A DNA stretch of 25,170 bases from Oligoflexia bacterium (lineage in GTDB: Bacteria; Bdellovibrionota; Bdellovibrionia; JABDDW01), in NCBI GenBank assembly GCA_043732305.1, contig JAYTHU010000197.1:1-25170 (forward strand), given 5' to 3'. The position numbers were made by a program, and so were the translations under genes. Of the stretch, positions 24,997 to 25,170 are shown piece after piece (the first letter of the stretch is position 1; each line of letters opens with the position of its first letter). Below the pieces are notes generated by a model. The model was given only the letters and a program-made list of their open reading frames with translations, was not told the DNA's origin and did no database searches.

Positions 24997-25170
24997 CCCT
25001 GTCTTCAAGTAACAAACGCAACATTTTTCATTTTTCGTAACTCTTTTTTAAATACCTCAAGTGGTGTCTTGTAGCCAAGACATTTTCTTGGCCTACTGTT
25101 TAATTTTTTGTTCATGGTGGTAATCTCTCGTGATTTTACTTTTCGAAAGTCTGTTTTTTTCTTTGGAAAA
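24997..25170 (-). mobile_element. IS30-family insertion sequence, 3' end (transposase C-terminus 25005-25169 plus terminal inverted repeat about 24998-25023)
   Basis: Manual translation FPKKKTDF...LNSRPRKCLGYKTPLEVF...NVAFVT*. The end sequence TGTCTTCAAGTAACAAACGCAACA resembles IS30 IRs (TTCAA...AACGCAACA), with the stop codon inside the IR. Confidence 0.88.

Overview
A compact bacterial chromosomal segment of moderate-to-low GC. A Bdellovibrionota/Oligoflexia-like origin is inferred from the gene repertoire and the many signal-peptide hypothetical proteins, but is not proven. Positions 1-19000 are mostly housekeeping genes: a DEAD-box helicase, nadA, an FNR-like reductase, an esterase, pcnB, tatA, a split transketolase, adenosine deaminase, a SRAP protein, a GT4 glycosyltransferase, a DTW tRNA-modifying enzyme, a UvrD/Rep helicase, a secreted trypsin-like protease and queE. 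The left end encodes a secreted, divergent lytic-transglycosylase-like protein, translationally coupled to a second secreted protein that is absent from the ORF track. This pair is a candidate peptidoglycan effector/immunity system. From about 19000 to the end is an accessory, decaying region. It holds gene remnants, two sigma54-type promoters (one before a 58-aa basic protein, one before a secreted protein + NTF2 + lipocalin operon), and a hairpin-locked 13-aa ORF. It also holds an intact HTH-hipA toxin-antitoxin module with a TAGCT-N8-AGCTA operator array, a degraded IS21 istB and the end of an IS30-family element. No tRNA, rRNA or CRISPR array was seen.
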